Assembly (NCBI RefSeq): GCF_001465295.1
Contig: NZ_CP011034.1
Location: 2,010,001 to 2,042,000 of the forward strand
Direction of reading: 5' to 3'
DNA from: Pseudoalteromonas translucida KMM 520
GTDB lineage: Bacteria; Pseudomonadota; Gammaproteobacteria; Enterobacterales; Alteromonadaceae
DNA length: 32,000 nucleotides
The notes under the pieces were generated by a model that was not told the origin of the DNA, made no database searches, and was given only the letters and a program-made list of their open reading frames with translations. The translations under genes were made by a program, and so were the position numbers. Shown in pieces: positions 10,131 to 18,549 of this stretch; within the stretch, counting starts at the first letter, position 1; each line of letters opens with the position of its first letter.

Positions 10131-10133
10131 TAA
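8868..10133 (+). CDS. Fusion protein of three tandem RidA/YjgF/L-PSP-like domains
   Basis: The ORF track opens at 8787, but AGGAGA sits 7 nt before the ATG at 8868 (MSGTIIKLSRN). The translation is three units of roughly 139, 144 and 138 aa. Each contains NAP...TVAFSHYNxISAQLP(I/V)D.K(S/T)...QC L.NIKA..ESID...(I/V)(K)(I/V)N(I/V)..KN..DI.A(I/V)(N/D).VY..F...P(A/T)R(S/T)..(A/G)V.A(L/I)P...LVQ(M/I)DA, which matches the RidA fold and PAR(S/T) motif. Confidence 0.8.
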   Translation: MSGTIIKLSRNTNNAPSCTVATQTVAFSHYNNISAQLPIDPKSGNIVADDIKTQAKQCLTNIKAVIESIDHVMDDVIKINVFLKNITDIDAVNDVYASFFQDYLPTRTTVAVAALPLEGALVQMDALISNGEGTTPQAPCDLIKVAKNSKNAPICPVSTHTVAFSHYNNISAQLPVDPKSGEIVTGGIKNQTKQCLSNIKAILESIDVPFDDIVKVNIFVKNPADIDAINEVYTTFIPDSAIARAVAYVPARSTMVVAALPMDALVQIDAVISHGDGTPPQAVEDRHGIIIRASNIKNAPINALSTQTVAFSHYNHISAQLPIDAKTANLVADDVTTQATQCLNNIKAIVESIDHVMDDLVKVNIQVKNISDITAIDKVYASFFKGDLPARTVVGVSAIPMNALVQIDAVVSNAEGTPPKL

Positions 10134-10215
10134 TTGTAAACTTGGGTTTATAAGCAATGGTGATTAATCACCAACTAAATACAAACATGACTTTAAACGT
10201 TAAGTTTGCATAAAT

Positions 10216-10262
10216 AAGGGCAGCGTAAAATCCACTCGGATCTCCACGCTGCCCTTTTTAAT
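10216..10262 (+). terminator. Rho-independent terminator after the triple-RidA ORF
   Basis: AGGGCAGCGT ... ACGCTGCCCT forms a 10-bp GC-rich stem with a long loop, followed by TTTTTA. Confidence 0.6.
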
Positions 10263-10542
10263 TTTTACGCCTCAGTTATTATCAGAATTTAGGTAATTAA
10301 ATACAGCTTGCACAAAATTTAATACAAAAACCGCTCAATATTTCTGTGTACATAATAATCTCACCTTGGCATAAGTGTATTTTAAATATACGACATTATG
10401 TTTACCTGCTTCCCTATTAGCTGGCAACGCCTCGTGCTATGGTTAAAGCGTAAACTAGTTAAAGGTAAAAGTGTTTAATAAATATGTATTAAATACTCAG
10501 TGCACATTCTAATCGTTAACATTAAACGAATAAGGATAAAAA

Positions 10543-12030
10543 ATGAGTAATAATGTAGATATTAATAATCGCCCTGATTACGACCATGTAATACAAGATA
10601 TAACTGATTATGTATTAAATTATAAAGTAAGCAGCAAGGAGGCACTCAATACTGCCCGTAACTGTTTAATAGACACTTTAGGATGTGGGCTATTAGCGCT
10701 GCGTTTTCCTGAATGCACCAAACTCCTCGGCCCTATAGTAGCAGGTACTATTGTGCCTAATGGTGCACGCGTGCCGGGCACATCTTTGGTACTCGACCCT
10801 GTAAAAGCGGCATGGGACATTGGCTGTATTATTCGCTGGCTCGATTATAACGATACTTGGTTGGCCGCCGAATGGGGTCATCCGTCTGATAATTTAGGTG
10901 CTATTTTAGCCGTTGCTGATCATCTATCTCAAGTTAGACTGAGCAAGGGTGAACAACCTTTAAAAATGCGCAAAGTGCTAGAAGCCATGATCATGGCGCA
11001 TGAAATTCAAGGCGTAATAGCGCTAAAAAATTCGTTTAATCGGGTGGGTTTATGCCACGTATTATTAGTACGGGTTGCATCGACTGCGGTTGCCACTAAA
11101 ATGATGGGCGGCAATAAACAACAAGTTATGGCCGCTATATCACAAGCTTGGGTAGATGGCTCAGCGCTGCGCACCTATAGGCATGCACCTAATGCAGGAT
11201 CTCGTAAATCTTGGGCTGCTGGCGATGCAACTTCCCGAGCCGTTCATTTAGCTGATATATCTATGCGTGGTGAAATGGGTATTCCAAGCGTATTAACAGC
11301 CCCGCAATGGGGATTTTATGATGTCTCTTTTTCTAAAACCAACATAGACCAAACACTTAAACCTGAGGCCGAACGGCAGTTTTTATTCACCCAAGACTAC
11401 GGCAGTTATGTTATGGAAAATATTTTATTTAAAATATCTTTTCCTGCTGAGTTTCATGCCCAAACAGCCGCAGAAGCGTCGGTTATTTTACATCCTCAGG
11501 TAAAAGATCGGTTAGCCGATATTGATAAAATTGTTGTGCGTACTCACGAGTCGGCCATTCGTATTATTTCAAAAACGGGTTCCCTTGATAACGCAGCCGA
11601 TCGCGATCATTGTTTACAATACATGATTGCAGTGCCGTTAATATTTGGCAATTTAACCGCTGATCATTACGAAGACGAATTTCATAACGCACACCCGATT
11701 ATTGATGAACTGCGCAACAAAATGCACATTGTAGAAGATTCACGCTTTACCAAAGAATATTTAGAGGATGATAAACGCTCTATCGCCAATGCTATTCAGA
11801 TTTTCTTTAAAGATGGCAGTAGCACCGAGGACACAGTTATAGAATATCCTGTGGGTCATCGTCGCCGTCGTGAGGAAGGGATCCCACTCTTGGAGCAAAA
11901 ATTTAAAGCTAATTTAGCGTCCCGCTTTGAGAATAAACAATGCCAAACTATTTTCACGCTTTGTAAAAATCAAACCGCGCTTGAGGCCACACCTGTAAAT
12001 AGTTTTATGGACTTATTTGTTATTAAGTAA
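10543..12030 (+). CDS. prpD: 2-methylcitrate dehydratase PrpD
   Basis: The 495-aa translation is collinear with enterobacterial PrpD as I recall it ([103 protein letters not shown]). AAGGA serves as the RBS. Confidence 0.93.
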   Translation: MSNNVDINNRPDYDHVIQDITDYVLNYKVSSKEALNTARNCLIDTLGCGLLALRFPECTKLLGPIVAGTIVPNGARVPGTSLVLDPVKAAWDIGCIIRWLDYNDTWLAAEWGHPSDNLGAILAVADHLSQVRLSKGEQPLKMRKVLEAMIMAHEIQGVIALKNSFNRVGLCHVLLVRVASTAVATKMMGGNKQQVMAAISQAWVDGSALRTYRHAPNAGSRKSWAAGDATSRAVHLADISMRGEMGIPSVLTAPQWGFYDVSFSKTNIDQTLKPEAERQFLFTQDYGSYVMENILFKISFPAEFHAQTAAEASVILHPQVKDRLADIDKIVVRTHESAIRIISKTGSLDNAADRDHCLQYMIAVPLIFGNLTADHYEDEFHNAHPIIDELRNKMHIVEDSRFTKEYLEDDKRSIANAIQIFFKDGSSTEDTVIEYPVGHRRRREEGIPLLEQKFKANLASRFENKQCQTIFTLCKNQTALEATPVNSFMDLFVIK

Positions 12031-12136
12031 GTGCACCGCTGACTGGCTTATTAAAGCGTGTAAATTTAACTATATGGCCAAGTAGTTAAGGCCATAACTT
12101 TAAAAGTTACAACGCACGCCAATGAGAGGATTTAAT

Positions 12137-12340
12137 ATGACTGAACAAAATGAACACAGTATCGCAAACTTTGCAGCGTTAAAAACCGCCATAGTAAATG
12201 CAGAAGAAGAGTCAGTAAAAGCGCTATTAACAAAGCAACCTATGCAAGATCTTGAAAAAGGTTACCTAATCGATTTAGCTAAATTAAACAGCAACCAGGC
12301 TATTTTAAAATTACTCGAAGATATTCCCGTTAAAAAATAG
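12137..12340 (+). CDS. Small hypothetical protein (67 aa), helical and possibly ankyrin-repeat-like
   Basis: The GAGAGGA RBS lies 6 nt before the ATG at 12137, and a hairpin follows directly downstream. The sequence (..VKALLTKQ.., ..QAILKLLEDI..) weakly resembles ankyrin helix pairs. No function can be assigned. Confidence 0.45.
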   Translation: MTEQNEHSIANFAALKTAIVNAEEESVKALLTKQPMQDLEKGYLIDLAKLNSNQAILKLLEDIPVKK

Positions 12341-12369
12341 CTCATACCCCCTTATACTTAATAACCAAT

Positions 12370-12398
12370 AAAGCTGTGCTAAGTATTAGCACAGCTTT
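12370..12398. terminator. Hairpin shared by the convergent small ORF and galM (candidate bidirectional terminator)
   Basis: AAAGCTGTGCT-aagtatt-AGCACAGCTTT forms an 11-bp perfect stem that abuts the galM stop. Both flanks are moderately A/T rich. Confidence 0.6.
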
Positions 12399-12400
12399 AT

Positions 12401-13375
12401 TTAAATATTTTCAAAGTGATAGCTAATATATTTATTATAAACTTCGCCCGGCTTTAGTATTGAGTTTTCAAAATCTGGAAAGGTTACTGCATCGCTATAA
12501 TTTTGCGCTTCTAAACACACTCCCTGATCAGGGCTTAATGGTGCGGCTAAAAATGCACCGGTATAAAGCTGTATAGATGCTTGGTCGGTGTACAACGTCA
12601 TTTTAACTTTATTGCGTAATGAGCTTAATACCGCTGCTGCTTTGCTTGCTTGTGGCTGATTTATAACAAAACAATGATCAAACCCTGTTGGCGCTGTTAG
12701 TTGTGGGTGCTGAGCAGACTGCAAGCGCTGGCCAATAATAACCGGTTGCTGAAAACAAAAGTCACTATTTTTAACACTTAACACTCTACCGGTTGGCAAG
12801 CTGTTATTATCACGCTCTAAATAGCTGGCCGCATTTATTTGTAACGTGAGTGGCAAGCAATTTTGCTCACCTAAATTAAAGTAGCAATGATTAGTAGCGT
12901 TAATAGGGGTTGCTTTATTTGTGGTTGCGCTAAAGCTCATGGTCAATTTATTGTCATGTGATAAATGATAACGTATTTGCATTTCCACCTTGCCAGGAAA
13001 GCCTTGGTCGCCATCTTTTGAGCTTAAGCTCAAAATCACTTCGTTGGCAGTACTCGATTGCATTTGCCAAAAACGCAGAGAAAAGTTATCCGCCCCGCCA
13101 TGTAAGCAATTTTCACCATCATTTTTACTCAGTAAATATCGCTCACCTTCAAGCTCAAAACTCGCACCACTAATACGATTAGCAACGCGGCCACAGGTAG
13201 CACCTAAATAATAAGTATCGGTTAAATAACGATTGGTATCGGCATACCCAACTGTCATTTCTGTGGGTGTATCGTTTACCGGAAATAAAATAGATTTAAC
13301 CCGCGCGCCATAGTTTAATATTTCGACCCGCATGCCTTGCTCATTGCTTAATATATAACTGTGTAATTGATTCAT
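12401..13375 (-). CDS. galM: Aldose 1-epimerase (galactose mutarotase)
   Basis: The 324-aa translation has mutarotase blocks (GRVANRI, LHGG, TNHCYFNL, FDHCF, CLE.Q). It is the last gene of the gal cluster. Confidence 0.88.
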   Translation of the reverse strand: MNQLHSYILSNEQGMRVEILNYGARVKSILFPVNDTPTEMTVGYADTNRYLTDTYYLGATCGRVANRISGASFELEGERYLLSKNDGENCLHGGADNFSLRFWQMQSSTANEVILSLSSKDGDQGFPGKVEMQIRYHLSHDNKLTMSFSATTNKATPINATNHCYFNLGEQNCLPLTLQINAASYLERDNNSLPTGRVLSVKNSDFCFQQPVIIGQRLQSAQHPQLTAPTGFDHCFVINQPQASKAAAVLSSLRNKVKMTLYTDQASIQLYTGAFLAAPLSPDQGVCLEAQNYSDAVTFPDFENSILKPGEVYNKYISYHFENI

Positions 13376-13404
13376 TTACTGTTTTCTTGTTATGTCTATT
13401 AGAG

Positions 13405-13440
13405 CACAAAAAAATCAAAGCAACCTAAGCTGCTTTGATT
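13405..13440 (-). terminator. Rho-independent terminator between the symporter gene and galM
   Basis: On the minus strand, AATCAAAGCA-gcttaggt-TGCTTTGATT forms a 10-bp stem followed by TTTTTT. It lies about 70 nt after the symporter stop. Confidence 0.7.
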
Positions 13441-13510
13441 CAATATATTTTGCGTTAAACACGTGAGCAGATAGTTATGGCTGTCATACTCACTGAATAC
13501 GCGCCTTGCA

Positions 13511-15073
13511 TTACCACCAAGTGGTATACAAAGCGATTAAGATGATCACTACACCCAATGCCGCTATGTTAAAGTTGCTTGAGGTTTTAAAGTTAACATC
13601 GTCTAGGCTAACGCTACTGTCTTGGCCTTTATCTGGCTTAGCTAATGATACAATTACACACAATGCCAAACACAGTAAAAATACTAAGCCTACTCTGTCC
13701 ATAAATGGCAGCGCTACCCAGTAAACTTTTAACAGGATTGAGAAGACAGCCGAGCCAATTGCCGCAGCTAACGCCCCCGCTGAACTGGCTTTTGACCAAA
13801 ACATACCCATTACAAAAATCACTACAATACCTGGAGTAAAGAAACCGGTGAACTCTTGAATATATTGAAACGCTTGATCGAACTTACCTAATAATGGCTC
13901 CGCCACAACCAAGGCTATAGCTAAAGATATTAATGCAGCTGATCGGCCTATAAACACATAATGTTTTTGTGATTTACCTGGTTTAAGCTTGCTGTAAATA
14001 TCCATGGTGAAAATAGTTGAAATACTGTTAGTCATAGAGGCAAGTGATGAAACAATTGCCGCCACTAATGCAGCAAAAATCAAACCCTTAATACCTGTTG
14101 GCATTAACGCCATCATAGATGGATACGCTTGATCTGGCGTGGTAAGTTGCGGGTATAAAACAACCGCAGCAATACCTGGCAACACTACAATTACTGGCAT
14201 TAGTAATTTTAAATAGGCAGCAAAGGCAATACCTTTTTGTGCTTCTTTAAGGTTTTTAGCAGCAAGTGCGCGCTGAATAATATATTGATTAAATCCCCAG
14301 TAGCTAATGTTCATTATCCACAGGCCACCAACTAATACTGATAAACCAGGTAAACTCATATAATGCGGGCTATCTGGGCTTAAAATCATATCAAAGTGGT
14401 TAGGAAGCTGCTCAGTTAAAACGCCAAAGCCTGCTATTATTCCGTCGCCATCTGCTACTGCATCAAGTGCTAAGTAACTTAAAAATAAGCCACCAAATAC
14501 CAGCAGTACTACTTGTAAAATATCGGTATAAGCAACAGCTTTCAAACCACCATAAAGTGAATAAGCCACTGAAAATAGTGCTAAAAAGATCATTCCGTAC
14601 ATCCAGTCAACACCGGCAACGGTTTCTATTGCTAAGCCACCAAGCCATAAAACAGCGGTTAAATTTACAAATATATATACCGCTAGCCAAAACAGCGCTA
14701 ATACTGTTTTAACTTTGCTATCAAAGCGTTGCTCTAAATATTGCGGCATAGTAAATATTTCATTTTTAAGAAATATCGGCAGCATATATTTACCGACAAT
14801 AATTAAGGTAATTGCCGCCATCCACTCATAAGATGCGATAGCTAAACCAATCGCATAGCCCGAACCAGACATACCAATAATTTGTTCTGCCGATATATTT
14901 GAGGCAATTAATGATGCACCAATTGCCCACCAAGGCAGTGCTTTACTAGCAAGAAAGTAGTCTTCAGTATTTTTACTGGCGCCTTTCTCCTCTCGCGAGA
15001 TCCACAGTGCGAGTACTAATAACCCCACCACATAAGTAACAAATATGGCAATGTCGAGCGGTTGTAATTTCAT
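13511..15073 (-). CDS. Sodium:solute symporter family sugar transporter (SGLT-like, probably Na+/galactose)
   Basis: 520 aa, highly hydrophobic with many TM helices. The SSF N-terminal pattern is DYFLASKALPWWAIGASLIASNISAEQIIGMSG. It is embedded between galK and galM. Confidence 0.9.
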   Translation of the reverse strand: MKLQPLDIAIFVTYVVGLLVLALWISREEKGASKNTEDYFLASKALPWWAIGASLIASNISAEQIIGMSGSGYAIGLAIASYEWMAAITLIIVGKYMLPIFLKNEIFTMPQYLEQRFDSKVKTVLALFWLAVYIFVNLTAVLWLGGLAIETVAGVDWMYGMIFLALFSVAYSLYGGLKAVAYTDILQVVLLVFGGLFLSYLALDAVADGDGIIAGFGVLTEQLPNHFDMILSPDSPHYMSLPGLSVLVGGLWIMNISYWGFNQYIIQRALAAKNLKEAQKGIAFAAYLKLLMPVIVVLPGIAAVVLYPQLTTPDQAYPSMMALMPTGIKGLIFAALVAAIVSSLASMTNSISTIFTMDIYSKLKPGKSQKHYVFIGRSAALISLAIALVVAEPLLGKFDQAFQYIQEFTGFFTPGIVVIFVMGMFWSKASSAGALAAAIGSAVFSILLKVYWVALPFMDRVGLVFLLCLALCVIVSLAKPDKGQDSSVSLDDVNFKTSSNFNIAALGVVIILIALYTTWW

Positions 15074-15114
15074 AACTTTAACCTTGTTGTCTTATTGATT
15101 TTTATTGTGTTTTA

Positions 15115-16260
15115 TTAATTGCTAAAAGCACCGTGAGAGGCTAGGCATACGTAAACGTCTGCTTCAAGCCCTGTTTTTGTATTATAATGTGTGTGAATCG
15201 TGTTTCGCACTTGCTCAACCAAATGATCTGGCGTTAAAGCAACGACACAACCACCAAAACCACCACCGGTCATACGCACCCCTCCTTGATCGCCTAAAAC
15301 TTGAGCAATAATATCCACTAAAAAGTCTATTTGAGAGGTAGTAATATCAAAATCATTTTTCATTGATAGGTGTGATTGTGCCATAAGTTGGCTCATGGTT
15401 ACCATATCATTGACGTTTAGCGCTTTGAGAGCTAGTTCGGTACGGGTATTTTCAGTAACTATATGTTTAGCACGCTTATATATTAATGGCGGTAAATTAG
15501 CTTGCTCTGCTTCTAGTTCCTCAAGAGTAACATCGCGTAAAGCCGGTTTATTAAAGTGCTTTGCTGCAGCTTCGCATTGCTCGCGTCGGGTATTGTATTC
15601 ACTGTCGACCAGCCCTCTTTTAACATTAGAGTTAACAATAACTAACGACATTCCCTTTGGAATAACAGCATATTCAAAGGTTAAACTTCTGCAATCGAGC
15701 AACATGGCATGCCCTTGCTTACCCATCGACGAAATTAACTGATCCATAATGCCGCAATTACAGCCGACAAAGTTATTTTCAGCACTTTGTCCCATAAGTG
15801 CCGCTTTAACACCATCGAGCGGAATATTGTTTAATGTTGCAAACGTTTTTAAAATAGCAATTTCAAAACTAGCTGACGAGCTCAAACCTGTACCTTGTGG
15901 CACATTGCCCGACACTACTAAGTCGGCGCCGCTAATATTTGGGTAGCTTTGCATTAATGCTTGTAGTGTGCCGCGAATATAGTTAACCCACATTTGTTGT
16001 TGGCTAAATTCTATTTTATCTAGGCTAAAACTATTGGTTTCGTTGTTACAATCAATTGCTAACACGTTAATGTTGCGATCAGCTCGTGCTTTTACAGCAA
16101 TGTCGGTGCCAAAATTAATCGCAGCGGGTAGCACAAAACCATCATTATAATCTGTGTGTTCACCAATGAGATTAACGCGCCCAGGTGCATGAAATAGCTG
16201 CTCTGGTGGGCAATTAAAATGTTGTTCAAATTGGCTAATAAGCATTGTAGTTCTTGGCAT
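15115..16260 (-). CDS. galK: Galactokinase
   Basis: Galactokinase signature GRVNLIGEHTDYNDGFVLP and GHMP-kinase motif PQGTGLSSSAS. The start overlaps the galT stop (TAATG). Confidence 0.95.
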   Translation of the reverse strand: MPRTTMLISQFEQHFNCPPEQLFHAPGRVNLIGEHTDYNDGFVLPAAINFGTDIAVKARADRNINVLAIDCNNETNSFSLDKIEFSQQQMWVNYIRGTLQALMQSYPNISGADLVVSGNVPQGTGLSSSASFEIAILKTFATLNNIPLDGVKAALMGQSAENNFVGCNCGIMDQLISSMGKQGHAMLLDCRSLTFEYAVIPKGMSLVIVNSNVKRGLVDSEYNTRREQCEAAAKHFNKPALRDVTLEELEAEQANLPPLIYKRAKHIVTENTRTELALKALNVNDMVTMSQLMAQSHLSMKNDFDITTSQIDFLVDIIAQVLGDQGGVRMTGGGFGGCVVALTPDHLVEQVRNTIHTHYNTKTGLEADVYVCLASHGAFSN

Positions 16261-17303
16261 TACTTAGCCTCCTTATAATGTACGTTTGGTACATCACGTA
16301 ATCTTTGTGCTGCTTGCTCTGGGGTTAAATCACGTTGTGATTCTGCCATCATTTCGTAGCCCACCATAAATTTACGCACAGTAGCTGAGCGTAACAATGG
16401 TGGAAAAAAGCTTGCATGGAGCTGCCATTCACTATGCTCTTGCCCATCATAAGGCGCGCCGTGCCAGCCCATAGAATATGGGAACGAGCAATTAAATAAA
16501 TTGTCGTATTTAGTGGTAATTTGTTTTAATGCATCGGCTAGAGTTACCGCTTGTTCAGGGGTTAAGTCGACCATACGTGTTAACGCAAAACGCGGTAATA
16601 ATAAGGTTTCAAATGGCCAGCCTGCCCAGTACGGCACAACCACCAGCCAATCTTCATTTTTAACCACAACACGCTCGCCCGATTGCGCTTCACGCTGGGC
16701 GTAATCTAGTAATAAATTACTGTTATATTTTTTAGCATAGTCGCTCAGCGCAAGTTGTTTTTTATTTACCAAAGTAGGTAATTGCTGCTGCGACCAAATT
16801 TGGCCATGCGGATGCGGATTTGAGCACCCCATCATCGCCCCTTTGTTTTCAAATACCTGCACCCAGTTATACTTTTCGCCTAATTCTACGCACTGGCTTT
16901 GCCACGTTTTAACAATGTCGGTAATGGCGCTAATACTAAGTTGCGGTAAGGTTTTACTGTGATCTGGAGAGAAACAAATAACACGACTTTCGCCTTGCTC
17001 TGTGGCCATTTTAAATAGCGGATCATCTGTTTTAAATTCTGGAGTATCAATTTTCAGAGCTGCGAAGTCATTAGTAAACACATACGTTTTTTTATAGTTG
17101 TCATTAACTTCACCGTTTATGCGGGTATTACCAGCACATAAAAAACAGCTTTCATCATGACTTTCTCTAACGTCTTCATCAAGAGTTTCAACTTGCCCCT
17201 GCCAAGGTCGTTTGGCACGATGCGGTGAAACTAACACCCACTCATCAATCAATGGATTGTAGCGACGATGTGGATGCTCAGTTGGGTCAAAAATTGTATC
17301 CAT
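16260..17303 (-). CDS. galT: Galactose-1-phosphate uridylyltransferase
   Basis: CFLCAGN zinc motif, [20 protein letters not shown] active-site HPH motif, and about 347 aa like enterobacterial GalT. Confidence 0.95.
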   Translation of the reverse strand: MDTIFDPTEHPHRRYNPLIDEWVLVSPHRAKRPWQGQVETLDEDVRESHDESCFLCAGNTRINGEVNDNYKKTYVFTNDFAALKIDTPEFKTDDPLFKMATEQGESRVICFSPDHSKTLPQLSISAITDIVKTWQSQCVELGEKYNWVQVFENKGAMMGCSNPHPHGQIWSQQQLPTLVNKKQLALSDYAKKYNSNLLLDYAQREAQSGERVVVKNEDWLVVVPYWAGWPFETLLLPRFALTRMVDLTPEQAVTLADALKQITTKYDNLFNCSFPYSMGWHGAPYDGQEHSEWQLHASFFPPLLRSATVRKFMVGYEMMAESQRDLTPEQAAQRLRDVPNVHYKEAK

Positions 17304-17339
17304 AAATATCTCAAATGTGGTTTATGATAAAACCGAAAA

Positions 17340-17355
17340 GGGTAAACGCTTACCC
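17340..17355. promoter_or_regulatory. GalR/LacI-type operator palindrome GGGTAAACGCTTACCC
   Basis: The 16-bp palindrome has a central CG and AA.CG.TT arms, like E. coli gal operators. It lies 37 bp upstream of the galT start in the divergent galT/regulator intergenic region. Confidence 0.6.
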
Positions 17356-17428
17356 TGCCATTTGCAACCTAAAAAATCAACATATACAGCCCACGTTAAA
17401 TAGTGTAAATTTTATTATTAACAGGATG

Positions 17429-17444
17429 TAGAAAACGATTACCC
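17429..17444. promoter_or_regulatory. Second GalR/LacI-type operator-like site TAGAAAACGATTACCC
   Basis: Shares AAACG.TTACCC with the first site. It ends 5 bp before the regulator ATG, which would allow autoregulation. Confidence 0.45.
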
Positions 17445-17448
17445 GTCA

Positions 17449-18459
17449 ATGACAACAATAAAAGATGTAGCCAGAATTGCAGGCGTGTCTATCGCCTCGG
17501 TATCACGTGTAATTAATAATGGCCCTAAAGTAAGTAAGGCAACCATAGAAAAAGTAAATAAAGTAATGCAAGAGCTTGGCTACACACCCAATGCTAATGC
17601 ACGTGCTTTAGTAACCCGAAAAAGTATGACCATAGGCGTGGTGATCCCCGAACTTACCGACCCATTTTTTGCATCATTAGCCAGCGGGGTAGATAAAGTA
17701 GCCCGCGAAAATAATATGCAATTGCTGTTAAGTACCGCAGGACAAAATGTCGAGTCTGAACGCGCTGCTATCAATTTATTACTTGAGCGCCGCTGCCAAA
17801 CTATTGTTATGCATAGTAAAAAAACTCCTGACTGCGAACTAATTACTTTATGTGAAAAACTCCCCGGCTTAGTGCTTATCAATAGACTGATTGAGCAAAT
17901 AAAACATAAATGTATTTGGTTAGATAACGAAGAAGGCGCAAAAATAGCAGCGCGCCATCTAATGGCACTCAAACATAAAAACATTGCCTGTATAAGCAGC
18001 AAATATCAAATTGAAGATCCTGCGCTACGCCTTGATGGCTTTTCGGCAGAGCTAAATATGGCAGGCAGCCCCATTAACCCTGCGCTAATTAAATACGCAG
18101 AGCCTACCTTACAAGGCGGACAAAGCGCTGCGCAAAATTTATTAGCCTCTGGGCAGCACTTCAGTGCTATTTTTGTTTATAACGACGCTATGGCTATTGG
18201 TGCTATTTCAACACTTGAAGATAATGGCTTTAAAGTACCCGGTGATGTGTCGGTGATTGGTTTTGATGATGTACTGATTGCGCGTTATTCAAGGCCAAAA
18301 CTAACCACTTTAAACTACCCCATTGAAAAAATGGCGCAGCACGCAGCTCAGTTGGCGTTAACTCACTTTAAAAATGAAATAGTTGATAGTGGCAATGAGC
18401 ATAAATATTTGCCCCGCTTGGTCAAACGAGAGTCAACGCGTATAAAAAATAGCACATAA
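17449..18459 (+). CDS. galR: LacI-family transcriptional regulator, probable galactose repressor
   Basis: The N-terminal HTH is MTTIKDVARIAGVSIASVSRVINN and the C-terminal domain is periplasmic-binding-protein-like. It is divergent from galT. Confidence 0.8.
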   Translation: MTTIKDVARIAGVSIASVSRVINNGPKVSKATIEKVNKVMQELGYTPNANARALVTRKSMTIGVVIPELTDPFFASLASGVDKVARENNMQLLLSTAGQNVESERAAINLLLERRCQTIVMHSKKTPDCELITLCEKLPGLVLINRLIEQIKHKCIWLDNEEGAKIAARHLMALKHKNIACISSKYQIEDPALRLDGFSAELNMAGSPINPALIKYAEPTLQGGQSAAQNLLASGQHFSAIFVYNDAMAIGAISTLEDNGFKVPGDVSVIGFDDVLIARYSRPKLTTLNYPIEKMAQHAAQLALTHFKNEIVDSGNEHKYLPRLVKRESTRIKNST

Positions 18460-18461
18460 AC

Positions 18462-18506
18462 AAAAAAAGTTGATGAGTAATACCCTAAGGTATTACCGCA
18501 TCAACT
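18462..18506 (-). terminator. Rho-independent terminator of prpF (hairpin also abuts the galR stop)
   Basis: Nested stem AGTTGATG/CATCAACT plus GTAATACC/GGTATTAC. On the minus strand the stem is followed by TTTTTTT. On the plus strand there is no T-run. Confidence 0.7.
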
Positions 18507-18549
18507 TATGCATAAATTATAAATAACTTAGTCGCAATTAAACAATGCT

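Noticed and set aside
10422-10440. Sigma-54-like sequence CTGGCAACGCCTCGTGCTA upstream of prpD (enterobacterial prp operons are sigma-54 dependent)
   Set aside because: The GG-to-GC spacing is one nucleotide too long for a functional -24/-12 promoter. The local regulator is also GntR-type rather than an NtrC-type activator.
12056-12118. Imperfect nested hairpins (TATGGCC/GGCCATA and flanking GCGTGTAA/TTACAACGC) after prpD as a terminator or REP-like element
   Set aside because: The stems are short and imperfect, no T-run follows, and the sequence is not repeated elsewhere in the window.
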